Source of the DNA: Mayamaea pseudoterrestris
Lineage: Eukaryota
Direction of reading: 5' to 3'
Length of the DNA: 64,000 nucleotides
Assembly: GCA_027923505.1 (NCBI GenBank)
Contig: BROI01000012.1
Location: forward strand, 1 to 64,000
Shown here: in pieces, positions 36,001 to 49,494 of the stretch
Numbering within the stretch: the stretch's first letter is position 1
Layout: every line of letters begins with the position of its first letter
Translations under genes and position numbers: made by a program
Notes under the pieces: model-generated
What the model was told of the DNA's origin: nothing
The model's input: only the letters and a program-made list of their open reading frames with translations
Databases searched by the model: none

Positions 36001-39000
36001 TAGCAACCGCAGAGACTCATATTGAAGCAGGCTGGCTCATGGCTATGGCTATTGAGTGTGTTTGTATTTGAATAGCTGAAACCATTGCTGAACCCAACCC
36101 CGGTCATTTTACTGGAGGGTTTGAAGGTATACCATGGAATGGATTGCACATCCTGCATCCTTTATGCATGCCTAGCAACCGCAGAGACTCATATTGAAGC
36201 AGGCTGGCTCATGGCTATGGCTATTGAGTGTGTTTGTATTTGAATAGCTGAAACCATTGCTGAACCCAACCCCGGTCATTTTACTGGAGGGTTTGAAGGT
36301 ATATCATTGAATGGATTGCACATCCTGCATCCTTTATGCATGCCTAGCAACCGCAGAGACTCATATTGAAGCAGGCTGGCTCATGGCTATGGCTTTGTTG
36401 TTGTTTGTATTGAGTGTCTGAAACCATTGCTAAACCCAACCCCGGTCATTTTACTGGAGGGTTTGAAGGTATACCATTGAATGGATTGCACATCCTGCAT
36501 CCTTTATGCATGCCTAGCAACCGCAGAGACTCATATTGAAGCAGGCTGGCTCATGGCTATGGCTATTGAGTGTGTTTGTATTTGAATAGCTGAAACCATT
36601 GCTGAACCCAACCCCGGTCATTTTACTGGAGGGTTTGAAGGTATACCATTGAATGGATTGCACATCCTGCATCCTTTATGCATGCCTAGCAACCGCAGAG
36701 ACTCATATTGAAGCAGGCTGGCTCATGGCTATGGCTATTGAGTGTGTTTGTATTTGAATAGCTGAAACCATTGCTGAACCCAACCCCGGTCATTTTACTG
36801 GAGGGTTTGAAGGTATACCATTGAATGGATTGCAAATCCTGCATCCTTTATGCATGCCTAGCAACCGCAGAGACTCATATTGAAGCAGGCTGGCTCATGG
36901 CTATGGCTTTTGAGTGTGTTTAGATTGGAGTAGCTGGACCCATGCCAAACCCAACCCCGGTCATTTTCCTGGAGGGTGTGAAGGTATACCATTGAATGGA
37001 TTGCACATCCTGCATCCTTTATGCATGCCTAGCAACCGCAGAGACTCATATTGAAGCAGGCTGGCTCATGGCTATGGCTATTGAGTGTGTTTGTATTTGA
37101 ATAGCTGAAACCATTGCTGAACCCAACCCCGGTCATTTTACTGGAGGGTTTGAAGGTATACCATTGAATGGATTGCACATCCTGCATCCTTTATGCATGC
37201 CTAGCAACCGCAGAGACTCATATTGAAGCAGGCTGGCTCATGGCTATGGCTATTGAGTGTGTTTGTATTTGAATAGCTGAAACCATTGCTGAACCCAACC
37301 CCGGTCATTTTACTGGAGGGTTTGAAGGTATACCATTGAATGGATTGCACATCCTGCATCCTTTATGCATGCCTAGCAACCGCAGAGACTCATATTGAAG
37401 CAGGCTGGCTCATGGCTATGGCTATTGAGTGTGTTTGTATTTGAATAGCTGCAACCATTGCTGAACCCAACCCCGGTCATTTTACTGGAGGGTTTGAAGG
37501 TATACCATTGAATGGATTGCACATCCTGCATCCTTTATGCATGCCTAGCACCCGCAGAGACTCATATTAAAGCTGGCTGGCTCATGGCTATGGCTATTGA
37601 GTGTGTTTAGATTTGAGTAGCTTGACCCATGCCGAACCCAACCCCGGTCATTTTATTGGAGGGTTTGAAGGTATACCATTGAATGGATTGCACATCCTGC
37701 ATCCTTTATGCATGCCTAGCAACCGCAGAGACTCATATTGAAGCAGGCTGGCTCATGGCTATGGCTATTGAGTGTGTTTGTATTTGAGTAGCTGGACCCA
37801 TGCCAAACCCAACCCCGGTCATTTTACTGGAGGGTTTGAAGGTATACCATTGAATGGATTGCACATCCTGCATCCTTTATGCATGCCTAGCAACCGCAGA
37901 GACTCATATTGAAGCTGGCTGGCACATGGCTATGGCTATTGAGTGTGTTTGTATTTGAAATAGCTGAAACCATTGCTGAACCCAACCCCGGTCATTTTAC
38001 TGGAGGGTGTGAAGGTATACCATTGAATGGATTGCACATCCTGCATCCTTTATGCATGCCTAGCAACCGCAGAGACTCATATTGAAGCAGGCTGGCTCAT
38101 GGCTATGGCTATTGAGTGTGTTTGTATTTGAATAGCTGAAACCATTGCTGAACCCAACCCCGGTCATTTTACTGGAGGGTTTGAAGGTATACCATGGAAT
38201 GGATTGCACATCCTGCATCCTTTATGCATGCCTAGCAACCGCAGAGACTCATATTGAAGCAGGCTGGCTCATGGCTATGGCTATTGAGTGTGTTTGTATT
38301 TGAATAGCTGAAACCATTGCTGAACCCAACCCCGGTCATTTTACTGGAGGGTTTGAAGGTATATCATTGAATGGATTGCACATCCTGCATCCTTTATGCA
38401 TGCCTAGCAACCGCAGAGACTCATATTGAAGCAGGCTGGCTCATGGCTATGGCTTTGTTGTTGTTTGTATTGAGTGTCTGAAACCATTGCTAAACCCAAC
38501 CCCGGTCATTTTACTGGAGGGTTTGAAGGTATACCATTGAATGGATTGCACATCCTGCATCCTTTATGCATGCCTAGCAACCGCAGAGACTCATATTGAA
38601 GCAGGCTGGCTCATGGCTATGGCTATTGAGTGTGTTTGTATTTGAATAGCTGAAACCATTGCTGAACCCAACCCCGGTCATTTTACTGGAGGGTTTGAAG
38701 GTATACCATTGAATGGATTGCACATCCTGCATCCTTTATGCATGCCTAGCAACCGCAGAGACTCATATTGAAGCAGGCTGGCTCATGGCTATGGCTATTG
38801 AGTGTGTTTGTATTTGAATAGCTGAAACCATTGCTGAACCCAACCCCGGTCATTTTACTGGAGGGTTTGAAGGTATACCATTGAATGGATTGCAAATCCT
38901 GCATCCTTTATGCATGCCTAGCAACCGCAGAGACTCATATTGAAGCAGGCTGGCTCATGGCTATGGCTTTTGAGTGTGTTTAGATTGGAGTAGCTGGACC

Positions 39001-42000
39001 CATGCCAAACCCAACCCCGGTCATTTTCCTGGAGGGTGTGAAGGTATACCATTGAATGGATTGCACATCCTGCATCCTTTATGCATGCCTAGCAACCGCA
39101 GAGACTCATATTGAAGCAGGCTGGCTCATGGCTATGGCTATTGAGTGTGTTTGTATTTGAATAGCTGAAACCATTGCTGAACCCAACCCCGGTCATTTTA
39201 CTGGAGGGTTTGAAGGTATACCATTGAATGGATTGCACATCCTGCATCCTTTATGCATGCCTAGCAACCGCAGAGACTCATATTGAAGCAGGCTGGCTCA
39301 TGGCTATGGCTATTGAGTGTGTTTGTATTTGAATAGCTGAAACCATTGCTGAACCCAACCCCGGTCATTTTACTGGAGGGTTTGAAGGTATACCATTGAA
39401 TGGATTGCACATCCTGCATCCTTTATGCATGCCTAGCAACCGCAGAGACTCATATTGAAGCAGGCTGGCTCATGGCTATGGCTATTGAGTGTGTTTGTAT
39501 TTGAATAGCTGCAACCATTGCTGAACCCAACCCCGGTCATTTTACTGGAGGGTTTGAAGGTATACCATTGAATGGATTGCACATCCTGCATCCTTTATGC
39601 ATGCCTAGCACCCGCAGAGACTCATATTAAAGCTGGCTGGCTCATGGCTATGGCTATTGAGTGTGTTTAGATTTGAGTAGCTTGACCCATGCCGAACCCA
39701 ACCCCGGTCATTTTATTGGAGGGTTTGAAGGTATACCATTGAATGGATTGCACATCCTGCATCCTTTATGCATGCCTAGCAACCGCAGAGACTCATATTG
39801 AAGCAGGCTGGCTCATGGCTATGGCTATTGAGTGTGTTTGTATTTGAGTAGCTGGACCCATGCCAAACCCAACCCCGGTCATTTTACTGGAGGGTTTGAA
39901 GGTATACCATTGAATGGATTGCACATCCTGCATCCTTTATGCATGCCTAGCAACCGCAGAGACTCATATTGAAGCTGGCTGGCACATGGCTATGGCTATT
40001 GAGTGTGTTTGTATTTGAATAACTGAAACCATTGCTGAACCCAACCCCGGTCATTTTACTGGAGGGTTTGAAGGTATACCATTGAATGGATTGCACATCC
40101 TGCATCCTTTATGCATGCCTAGCAACCGCAGAGACTCATATTGAAGCAGGCTGGCTCATGGCTATGGCTATTGAGTGTGTTTGTATTTGAATAGCTGAAA
40201 CCATTGCTGAACCCAACCCCGGTCATTTTACTGGAGGGTGTGAAGGTATACCATTGAATGGATTGCACATCCTGCATCCTTTATGCATGCCTAGCAACCG
40301 CAGAGACTCATATTGAAGCAGGCTGGCTCATGGCTATGGCTATTGAGTGTGTTTGTATTTGAATAGCTGAAACCATTGCTGAACCCAACCCCGGTCATTT
40401 TACTGGAGGGTTTGAAGGTATACCATTGAATGGATTGCACATCCTGCATCCTTTATGCATGCCTAGCAACCGCAGAGACTCATATTGAAGCAGGCTGGCT
40501 CATGGCTATGGCTATTGAGTGTGTTTGTATTTGAATAGCTGAAACCATTGCTGAACCCAACCCCGGTCATTTTACTGGAGGGTGTGAAGGTATACCATTG
40601 AATGGATTGCACATCCTGCATCCTTTATGCATGCCTAGCAACCGCAGAGACTCATATTGAAGCAGGCTGGCTCATGGCTATGGCTATTGAGTGTGTTTGT
40701 ATTTGAATAGCTGAAACCATTGCTGAACCCAACCCCGGTCATTTTACTGGAGGGTTTGAAGGTATACCATTGAATGGATTGCACATCCTGCATCCTTTAT
40801 GCATGCCTAGCAACCGCAGAGACTCATATTGAAGCAGGCTGGCTCATGGCTATGGCTATTGAGTGTGTTTGTATTTGAAACGCTGAAACCATTGCTGAAC
40901 CCAACCCCGGTCATTTTACTGGAGGGTGTGAAGGTATACCATGGAATGGTTTGCACATCCTGCATCCTTAATGCATGCCTAGCAACCGCAGAGACTCATA
41001 TTGAAGCAGGCTGGCTCATGGCTATGGCTATTGAGTGTGTTTGTATTTGAATAGCTGCAACCATTGCTGAACCCAACCCCGGTCATTTTACTGGAGGGTG
41101 TGAAGGTATACAACCATTGCTGAACCCAACCCCGGTCATTTTACTGGAGGGTTTGAAGGTATACCATTGAATGGATTGCACATCCTGCATCCTTTATGCA
41201 TGCCTAGCAACCGCAGAGACTCATATTGAAGCAGGCTGGCTCATGGCTATGGCTATTGAGTGTGTTTGTATTTGAATAGCTGAAACCATTGCTGAACCCA
41301 ACCCCGGTCATTTTACTGGAGGGTGTGAAGGTATACCATTGAATGGATTGCACATCCTGCATCCTTTATGCATGCCTAGCAACCGCAGAGACTCATATTG
41401 AAGCAGGCTGGCTCATGGCTATGGCTATTGAGTGTGTTTGTATTTGAATAGCTGAAACCATTGCTGAACCCAACCCCGGTCATTTTACTGGAGGGTTTGA
41501 AGGTATACCATTGAATGGATTGCACATCCTGCATCCTTTATGCATGCCTAGCAACCGCAGAGACTCATATTGAAGCAGGCTGGCTCATGGCTATGGCTAT
41601 TGAGTGTGTTTGTATTTGAAACGCTGAAACCATTGCTGAACCCAACCCCGGTCATTTTACTGGAGGGTGTGAAGGTATACCATGGAATGGTTTGCACATC
41701 CTGCATCCTTAATGCATGCCTAGCAACCGCAGAGACTCATATTGAAGCAGGCTGGCTCATGGCTATGGCTATTGAGTGTGTTTGTATTTGAATAGCTGCA
41801 ACCATTGCTGAACCCAACCCCGGTCATTTTACTGGAGGGTGTGAAGGTATACATGAATTACATCCTTCATCCTTAGTGCATGCCTAGCAACCGCAGAGAC
41901 TCATATTAAAGCAGGCTGGCTCATGGCTATGGCTATTGAGTGTGTTTGTATTTGAATAGCTGAAACCATTGCTGAACCCAACCCCGGTCATTTTACTGGA

Positions 42001-45000
42001 GGGTGTGAAGGTATACCATTTAATGGATTGCACATCCTGCATCCTTTATGCATGCCTAGCAACCGCAGAGACTCATATTGAAGCAGGCTGGCTCATGGCT
42101 ATGGCTATTGAGTGTGTTTGTATTTGAATAGCTGAAACCATTGCTGAACCCAACCCCGGTCATTTTACTGGAGGGTGTGAAGGTATACCATTGAATGGAT
42201 TGCACATCCTGCATCCTTTATGCATGCCTAGCAACCGCAGAGACTCATATTGAAGCAGGCTGGCTCATGGCTATGGCTATTGAGTGTGTTTGTATTTGAA
42301 TAACTGAAACCATTGCTGAACCCAACCCCGGTCATTTTACTGGAGGGTTTGAAGGTATACCATTGAATGGATTGCAAATCTTGCATCCTTTATGCATGCC
42401 TAGCAACCGCAGAGACTCATATTGAAGCAGGCTGGCTCATGGCTATGGCTTTTGAGTGTGTTTAGATTGGAGTAGCTGGACCCATGCCAAACCCAACCCC
42501 GGTCATTTTCCTGGAGGGTGTGAAGGTATACCATTGAATGGATTGCACATCCTGCATCTTTAATTTACTTTTAGCAACCGCGGAGACTCATATTGAAGCA
42601 GGCTGGCTCATGGCTATGGCTATTGAGTGTGTTTGTATTTGAATAGCTGAAACCATTGCTGAACCCAACCCCGGTCATTTTACTGAAGGGGTTGAAGGTA
42701 TACCATTGAATGGATTGCACATCCTGCATCCTTTATGCATGCCTAGTAACCGCAGAGACTCATATTGAAGCAGGCTGGCTCATGGCAATGGCTATTGAGT
42801 GTGTTTATATTTGAATAACTGATACCAAAGCTGAACCCAACCCCAGTCATTTTACTGGAGGGTTTGAAGGTATACCATTGAATGGATTGCACATCCTGCA
42901 TCTTTAATTCACTTCTAGCAACCGCAGAGGCTCATATTGATGCAGGCTGGCTCATGGCTATGGCTATTGAGTGTGTTTGTATTTGAATAGCTGAAACCAT
43001 TGCTGAACCCAACCCCGGTCATTTTACTGGAGGGTTTGAAGGTATACCATTGAATGGATTGCACATCCTGCATCCTTTATGCATGCCTAGCAACCGCAGA
43101 GACTCATATTGAAGCAGGCTGGCTCATGGCTATGGCTATTGAGTGTGTTTGTATTTGAATAGCTGCAACCATTGCTGAACCCAACCCCGGTCATTTTACT
43201 GGAGGGTGTGAAGGTATACCTTTGAATGGATTGCACATCCTGCATCCTTTATGCATGCCAAGCACCCGCAGAGACTCATATTGAAGCAGGCTGGCTCATG
43301 GCTATGGCTATAAAATGTGTTTGTATTTGAACAGCTGATACCATTGCTGAACCCAACCCCGGTCATTTTACTGGAGGGTTTGAAGGTATACCAATGAATG
43401 GATTACACATCCTGCATCTTTAACCATGCCTAGCAACCGCAGAGACTCATATTGAAGCAGGCTGGCTCATGGCTATGGCTATTGAGTGTGTTTGTATTTG
43501 AGTAGCTTGACCCATGCCAAACCCAACCCCGGTCATTTTACTGAAGGGTGTGAAGGTATAAAATTGAATGGATTGCACATCCTACATCTATAGTTCATGC
43601 CTAGCAATCGCAGAGACTCATACTGAAGCTGGCTGGCTCATGGCTATGGCTATTGAGTGTGTTTGTATTTGAATAGCTGAATCCATTGCTGAACCCAACC
43701 CCGGTCATTTTACTGGACGGTGTGAAGGTATACCATTGAATGGATTGCACATCCTGCATCCTTTATGCATGCCTAGCAACCGCAGAGACTCATATTGAAG
43801 CAGGCTTGCTCATGGCTATGGCTATTGAGTGTGTTTGTATTTGAACAGCTCAACCATTGCTGAACCCAACCCCGGTCATTTTACTGGAGGGTGTGAAGGT
43901 ATACCATGGAATGGATTGCACATCCTGCATCCTTTATGCATGCCTAGCAACCGCAGCGACTCATATTGAAGCAGGCTGCCTCATGGCTAGGGCTATTGAG
44001 TGTGTTTGTATTTGAACAGCTCAACCATTGCTGAACCCAACCCCAGTCATTTTACTGGAGGGTGTGAAGGTATACCATTGAATGGATTGCACATCCTGCA
44101 TCCTTTATGCATGCCTAGCAACCGCAGAGACTCATATTGAAGCAGGCTGGCTCATGGCTATGGCTATTGAGTGTGTTTGTATTTGAATAGCTGAAACCAT
44201 TGCTGAACCCAACCCCGGTCATTTTACTGAAGGGTGTGAAGGTATACCATGAAATGGATTGCACATCCTGCATCCTTTATGCATGTCTAGCAACCGCAGA
44301 GACTCATATTGAAGCAGGCTGGCTCATGGCTATGGCTATTGAGTGTGTTTGTACTTAAGCAGCTAAAACCATTGCTGAACCCAACCCCGGTCATTTTACT
44401 GGAGGGTGTGAAGGTATACCATTGAATGCATTGCACATCCTGCATCTTTTAACTATGCCTAGCAACCGCAGAGACTCATATTGAAGCTGGCTGGCTCATG
44501 GCTGGCTATTGAATGTGTTTGTATTTGAACAGCTGATACCATTGCTGAACCCAATCCTGGTCATTTTACTGGAGGGTTTGAAGGTATACTTTTGAATGGA
44601 TTGCACATCCTGCATCTATAGTTCATGCCTAGCAACCGCAGAGACTCATATTGAAGCAGGCTGGCTCATGGCTATGGCTATTGTGTGTGTTTGTATTTGA
44701 ACAGCTGATACCATTGCTGAACCCAACCCCGGTCATTTTACTGGAGGGTTTGAAGGTATACCATTGAATGGATTGCACATCCTGCATCCTTAATGCATGC
44801 CTAGCAACCGCAGAGACTCATATTGAAGCAGGCTGGCTCATGGCTAAGGCTATTGAGTGTGTTTGTATTTGAACAGCTCAACCAGTGCTGAACCCAACCC
44901 CGGTCATTTTACTGGAGGGTGTGAAGGTATACCATTGAATGGATTGCACACCCTGCATCCTTTATGCATGCCTAGAAACCGCAGAGACTCATATTGAAGC

Positions 45001-45732
45001 AGGCTTGCTCATGGCTATGGCTATTGAGTGTGTTTGTATTTGAACAGCTCAACCATTGCTGAACCCAACCCCAAACATTTTACTGGAGGGTGTGAAGGTA
45101 TACCATTTAATGGATTGCACATCCTGCATCCTTTATGCATGCCTAGCACTCGCAGAGACTCATATTGAAGCAGGCTGGCTCATGACTATGGCTATTGAGT
45201 GTGTTGGTATTTGAATAACTGTAACCATTGCTGAACCCAACCCCGGTCATTTTACTGGAGGGTGTGAAGGTATACCATTGAATGGATTGCACATCCTGCA
45301 TCCTTTATGCATGCCTAGCAACCGCAGAGGCTCATATTGAAGCAGGCTGGCTCATGGCTATGGCTATTGAGTGTGTTTGTATTTGAATAGCATGACCCAT
45401 GCCAAACCCAACCCTGGTCATTTTACTGGAGGGTTTGAAGGTATACCATTGAATGGATTGCACATCCTGCATCCTTTATGCATGCCTAGCAACCGCAGAG
45501 ACTCATATTGAAGCTGGCTGGCCCATGGCTAACCCAACCCTGGTCATTTTACTGGAGGGTTTGAAGGTATACCATTGAATGGATTGCACATCCTGCATCC
45601 TTTATGCATGCCTAGCAACCGCAGAGACTCATATTGAAGCTGGCTGGCCCATGGCTATGGCTATTGAGTGTGTTTGATTGACTGTACACTGTTCTCCCTG
45701 CCAGCCACCACCTAACTCAAACTAACCCTGGT
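24039..45732 (+). repeat. Satellite B array, 172-bp monomer, ~126 copies (~21.7 kb)
   Basis: aaggtatacc recurs at 27541, 27713, 27885 and onward (period 172). Homogeneous core with more divergent edges. Monomer ~45% GC by hand count. Confidence 0.98.
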
Positions 45733-46408
45733 GTTTAGTGTAGAAGGAACAGTTAGTTACTTGACTGTGGACTCACAATTTGCATCCAGGCTCAGGTAGA
45801 AAGATGATAGTGGCTACCGGTAGTACTTTTTGGCCGACGGCGCTAGTACCATACATCGTAGGCACACTATCCAATCCTTTGACTCCCGGTCCATAATAAT
45901 AACTTTGCAATACTCGTACCGGTACTTCTTTGTGAAATGCTCTGCGTCAGCCTTGAAGTTGGCGTGGCAATGGCTTTGACTATTGCCCTTGCGAGGCAGC
46001 TGAAAAGACCGACCATTGATAGGCACGCTTATGACTTCTTGGAGTACATTATTCGCCTCTCAATGGTCGGAATATCATATGATTGGCTTTAATAAAGTGT
46101 CACTTTTATCATCATGACTCATTTCGTTACCAACGAGAAGCGCAAGGAGCCAACGAGATCAATCGGTTCGACGGCGGCGTTGGAATGCACCTCTCCATGC
46201 TCCGGCAGCGTGAAGCAAGTCGTTCACCTCGTATAAATGCACTTATACTTGCCGGCACGATTTACGTTCCTTGACGCACTCGTCGTGTAGGTTGCAGCGA
46301 GCGTGCTTCCAAATCCAAACGCTGCCTCTGCCGCCATCACTTGCATACGCACCTTGACACTCGCAACGTCTCAATCCCCTCTGCTACTACAATCACAATC
46401 AGCGAGAC

Positions 46409-47050
46409 ATGATCACTCTCCTAGATCCTCCGGAGAACGACGACGTCCTTTACAACGTACTATACGCACCTCCTCCTCCGAATCCGCTTCATACCATGGT
46501 AGCTGCATCCGCCGAACACGCTTCGCCGATCGATCCGTCATCCGAGGTCTTGCAAAGCACGCGACTGCCGAGCAGCAGCAATCTTCATCTTCACCACTTT
46601 CAGTCCGAGGAGGTGAGTCTCACGGACGATGAAACGACTGCGACGGACGACGAGGACTTTGACATGCAGTTCAGCAGCCACCACTACGACGACGATGCCG
46701 CTACCATTGATAGTCTCCGCAAGGAATTGGCAGCGATTGAGGATTCCTGGGGCAAGTATGGTTTGGAACACTTGGTTCACTTGCAGCAGCATGAGCAGAT
46801 GCCAGACGACTATCGCGTGGACGGAATTCCAACGTTTACCATGCCGGTCAATATGGACATGTCGTGGGATGAGTCGGACTTTTTGGAGGAAATGGCGGAT
46901 GACGCAAAGTTGCTGGATGCAGTGGCTGGCAAGGTTTTACACGATCATCATCATCATACTGTTAGTGACAGCGACGGCTTCACTGGACACTGCAAGGATA
47001 TTGTGGAAGACGAGGTGGGTAAGCTTGCTGTGTTCTTTTGGGCATTGTGA
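46409..47050 (+). CDS. Hypothetical acidic protein (213 aa)
   Basis: ATG-initiated ORF in the unique island, Asp/Glu/His-rich with coding-like composition. No recognisable domain. Confidence 0.55.
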   Translation: MITLLDPPENDDVLYNVLYAPPPPNPLHTMVAASAEHASPIDPSSEVLQSTRLPSSSNLHLHHFQSEEVSLTDDETTATDDEDFDMQFSSHHYDDDAATIDSLRKELAAIEDSWGKYGLEHLVHLQQHEQMPDDYRVDGIPTFTMPVNMDMSWDESDFLEEMADDAKLLDAVAGKVLHDHHHHTVSDSDGFTGHCKDIVEDEVGKLAVFFWAL

Positions 47051-48262
47051 GGGCGAACGGAAAGATAGTCGAATGTGAACATCAATGTTCTAACGTATGC
47101 TTTTGCTTCATTTTCAATGAATCACAGATAATGATGGTGACGGAGTAGAGTTCTACATGCAATATTTGGAACGAATTGAACCGAGCCTCATCAAACACAA
47201 ACTCATGTCGATTAAATTTGTTTGAACGAGGCATCGTGGTCGATGTCATGTCACCGCGTCCGCTTGAAATACGGAATCGCAAGGCTGCTACGCTGTCCAA
47301 GAGGCAAGAGGATGGCAAATTTGGCGTGGGACTTGTTTTGAAATAGAAAGTATACAGAGACGACGACTCGACGATGCGTCTAGCTGCGGCGACGAGACGG
47401 TCGGTGCACTCGAGTCTCGAGTTGGAATGTGCCGCGACTTTCCCATTGATTACTTTTCTCAAGCGATTTTTAGAGCTCACCGAACCCATTATCATAATTT
47501 ACTGTTAAGCACCGCTCAACAAGCGGCAAGGGGTGAGAATTGACCCTCTCCAGCGGGACTCTGCACAGCGTCGCAAAACGCACAGCCGCCGACGCTGACA
47601 CGTCATACGTCGGCGCTATGACTAGCTACACTTGATCACTAGCTTCCCTTGGCGGATCGGCAGCTGGTGGCTGCGAAACAAGTTTTTGGTGTCATGATTG
47701 CAACGTGTTCGCTTGTTGCAAATCGATCATTTCATGGTTGTCAAGCCGGCTGGATTGCACTCGGTGTCGGCTGGGAGCGATTGCATTCGGACAGTTGCTT
47801 GTGCCGCAACGGTCCATTGAGAGATTTGCCGAATCCGTGAGACTATATTATCGTATGCCGTCGACTCCTGATAAGAAGCGTTGCAGGTGCAGTTGCAGTG
47901 CATGCATTTTAGCCAATGTGCTGAGACAATATGAAAACTACGTATTACATTATAATTAAAGTTGTTTAGTATAATACAGTAATATTTTGAAGTATTGTAA
48001 TGCGTTTGTAGCAAGTGCAGGAGTATCTGTAACTGCGTCAGCGCCTCACTCGTCAAAGTATTTCTTGAGCTTGGTACGGTAGCTAGGATAAACCGTTACG
48101 ACACAGTATTCATGATGGTTGAAGAACGTACGTCAGTGCTGCCGAATCGTCGACGTTTGGTGGTGGTCATGAACGATCTTCGCTTCAATCCCAGCCATCG
48201 CTGTCGCTGCTCTGCTTGGTCTTCTACAACATATCACAGTTCCTTTACCTTATATCATTACA

Positions 48263-48901
48263 ATGAAGTACTTGTCTGCGATACTCGCACTTGCATCCGC
48301 TGGAACGGCGGCGGCTTTTGCCCCGCAAATGCCGCCAGCGTCGCGCCAATTGACAGTCACCAAGGCAGCTGCTGCCGAAGAGCTGTACATTGACGAGGAA
48401 CGTCGCTTCCTTATGAACCTCATCATGGTCGGATCTGGACTAGTGACTGTCGGTGCTTTCGGTATTCCATATGTTGCCTTCTTTTTTCCACCAGGCAGTG
48501 GCGGCGGCTCTGCTGGAAGCGCTGCGAAGGATGCCCTTGGTAACGACTTGTTTGCCAAAGAATACCTCGCCACCAAGCCAGCAGGTGACCGTTCGCTCGC
48601 GCAAGGATTAAAGGGAGACGCCACTTACCTCATCGTCAAGGAAGACAAGACATTGGAGTCGTACGGATTGAACGCTGTCTGCACCCACTTGGGATGCGTA
48701 GTTCCATGGTCAGCCGCTGCCAACAAGTTTCAATGCCCTTGCCACGGATCCCAGTACGCCCCGGACGGACATGTTGTACGTGGACCGGCGCCGCTTCCAC
48801 TGGCATTGGCTCATTGCGATACCGACGATACCGGCAAAATTATCTTCTCGCCGTGGACGGAACCCGATTTCCGTACCGGAGAAAAGGGATGGTGGAACTA
48901 A
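48263..48901 (+). CDS. petC: Cytochrome b6f Rieske iron-sulfur subunit, nuclear-encoded and plastid-targeted (212 aa)
   Basis: Leader ..[13 protein letters not shown] Tat/TM segment, PPGSGGG hinge, [11 protein letters not shown], Rieske boxes CTHLGC and [22 protein letters not shown]-terminal [10 protein letters not shown]. Confidence 0.97.
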   Translation: MKYLSAILALASAGTAAAFAPQMPPASRQLTVTKAAAAEELYIDEERRFLMNLIMVGSGLVTVGAFGIPYVAFFFPPGSGGGSAGSAAKDALGNDLFAKEYLATKPAGDRSLAQGLKGDATYLIVKEDKTLESYGLNAVCTHLGCVVPWSAAANKFQCPCHGSQYAPDGHVVRGPAPLPLALAHCDTDDTGKIIFSPWTEPDFRTGEKGWWN

Positions 48902-49494
48902 ATGAAGAAGCTGATCAAGTTTGATTACTCGAATCAGTTGTCTCTGGCTAGATTTTATTTTAGTCAAATACTGTAGTTTGCCTTTTGCTATTGTTTTCAA
49001 TTGTCCGATTGCTTGATTTTGGAAAGTAACGTCAACTATGTTAGCAAGCATAGCGTCATAAAATATCTGCGCCTCAAAAATCGACTCAACAAATATTTGC
49101 CTACTCACATTATGTTTATCCTTGCCCTCATGGTACCGTTTGTTGAAAGAGTATCTTTGTACAAGCACCTGCAACTCGCGCGGGATTGTCTCATCTGCCA
49201 GCAGTATATACAATGACTGGACATAAGGATACAATCTCCAGCTGCTATAGTCATTCATGTGACCTGAAATATGACAATGTCATATTGCTGCTGTTGCTTA
49301 ATGTTGCTAGGGAAACATTTAAAAACCCTACTAAGGGCGACTGCTAGTCCTTGCACTTGCGACTGTATGCAACTCTCGCCTTGTCCATCATATGACTCTT
49401 CCTTGGAGACAGAATCCTTGATCATCTTCTTCAGAAGAAGTTTACATGCATTTGCCACTTCAATAGAATCCATTTGGTCGCTTGCCAGAAGCCA

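Noticed and set aside
25740..41791. Short ORFs within SatB
   Set aside because: They arise only where point variants remove consensus stop codons.
24039..45732. Hammerhead ribozyme/retrozyme, tRNA- or 5S-derived satellite
   Set aside because: No CUGANGA core on either strand of the SatA or SatB consensus by eye, and no cloverleaf or A/B boxes. An Infernal/Rfam scan would be the definitive test.
45700..45732. Telomere-like words (ctaaccct, aacccaacccc)
   Set aside because: Isolated words inside the monomer, not a tandem TTAGGG tract.
45814..46060. Minus-strand ORF with WIVCLRC, a possible BED-finger/transposase fragment
   Set aside because: Too short, with no second metal-ligand pair or catalytic motif.
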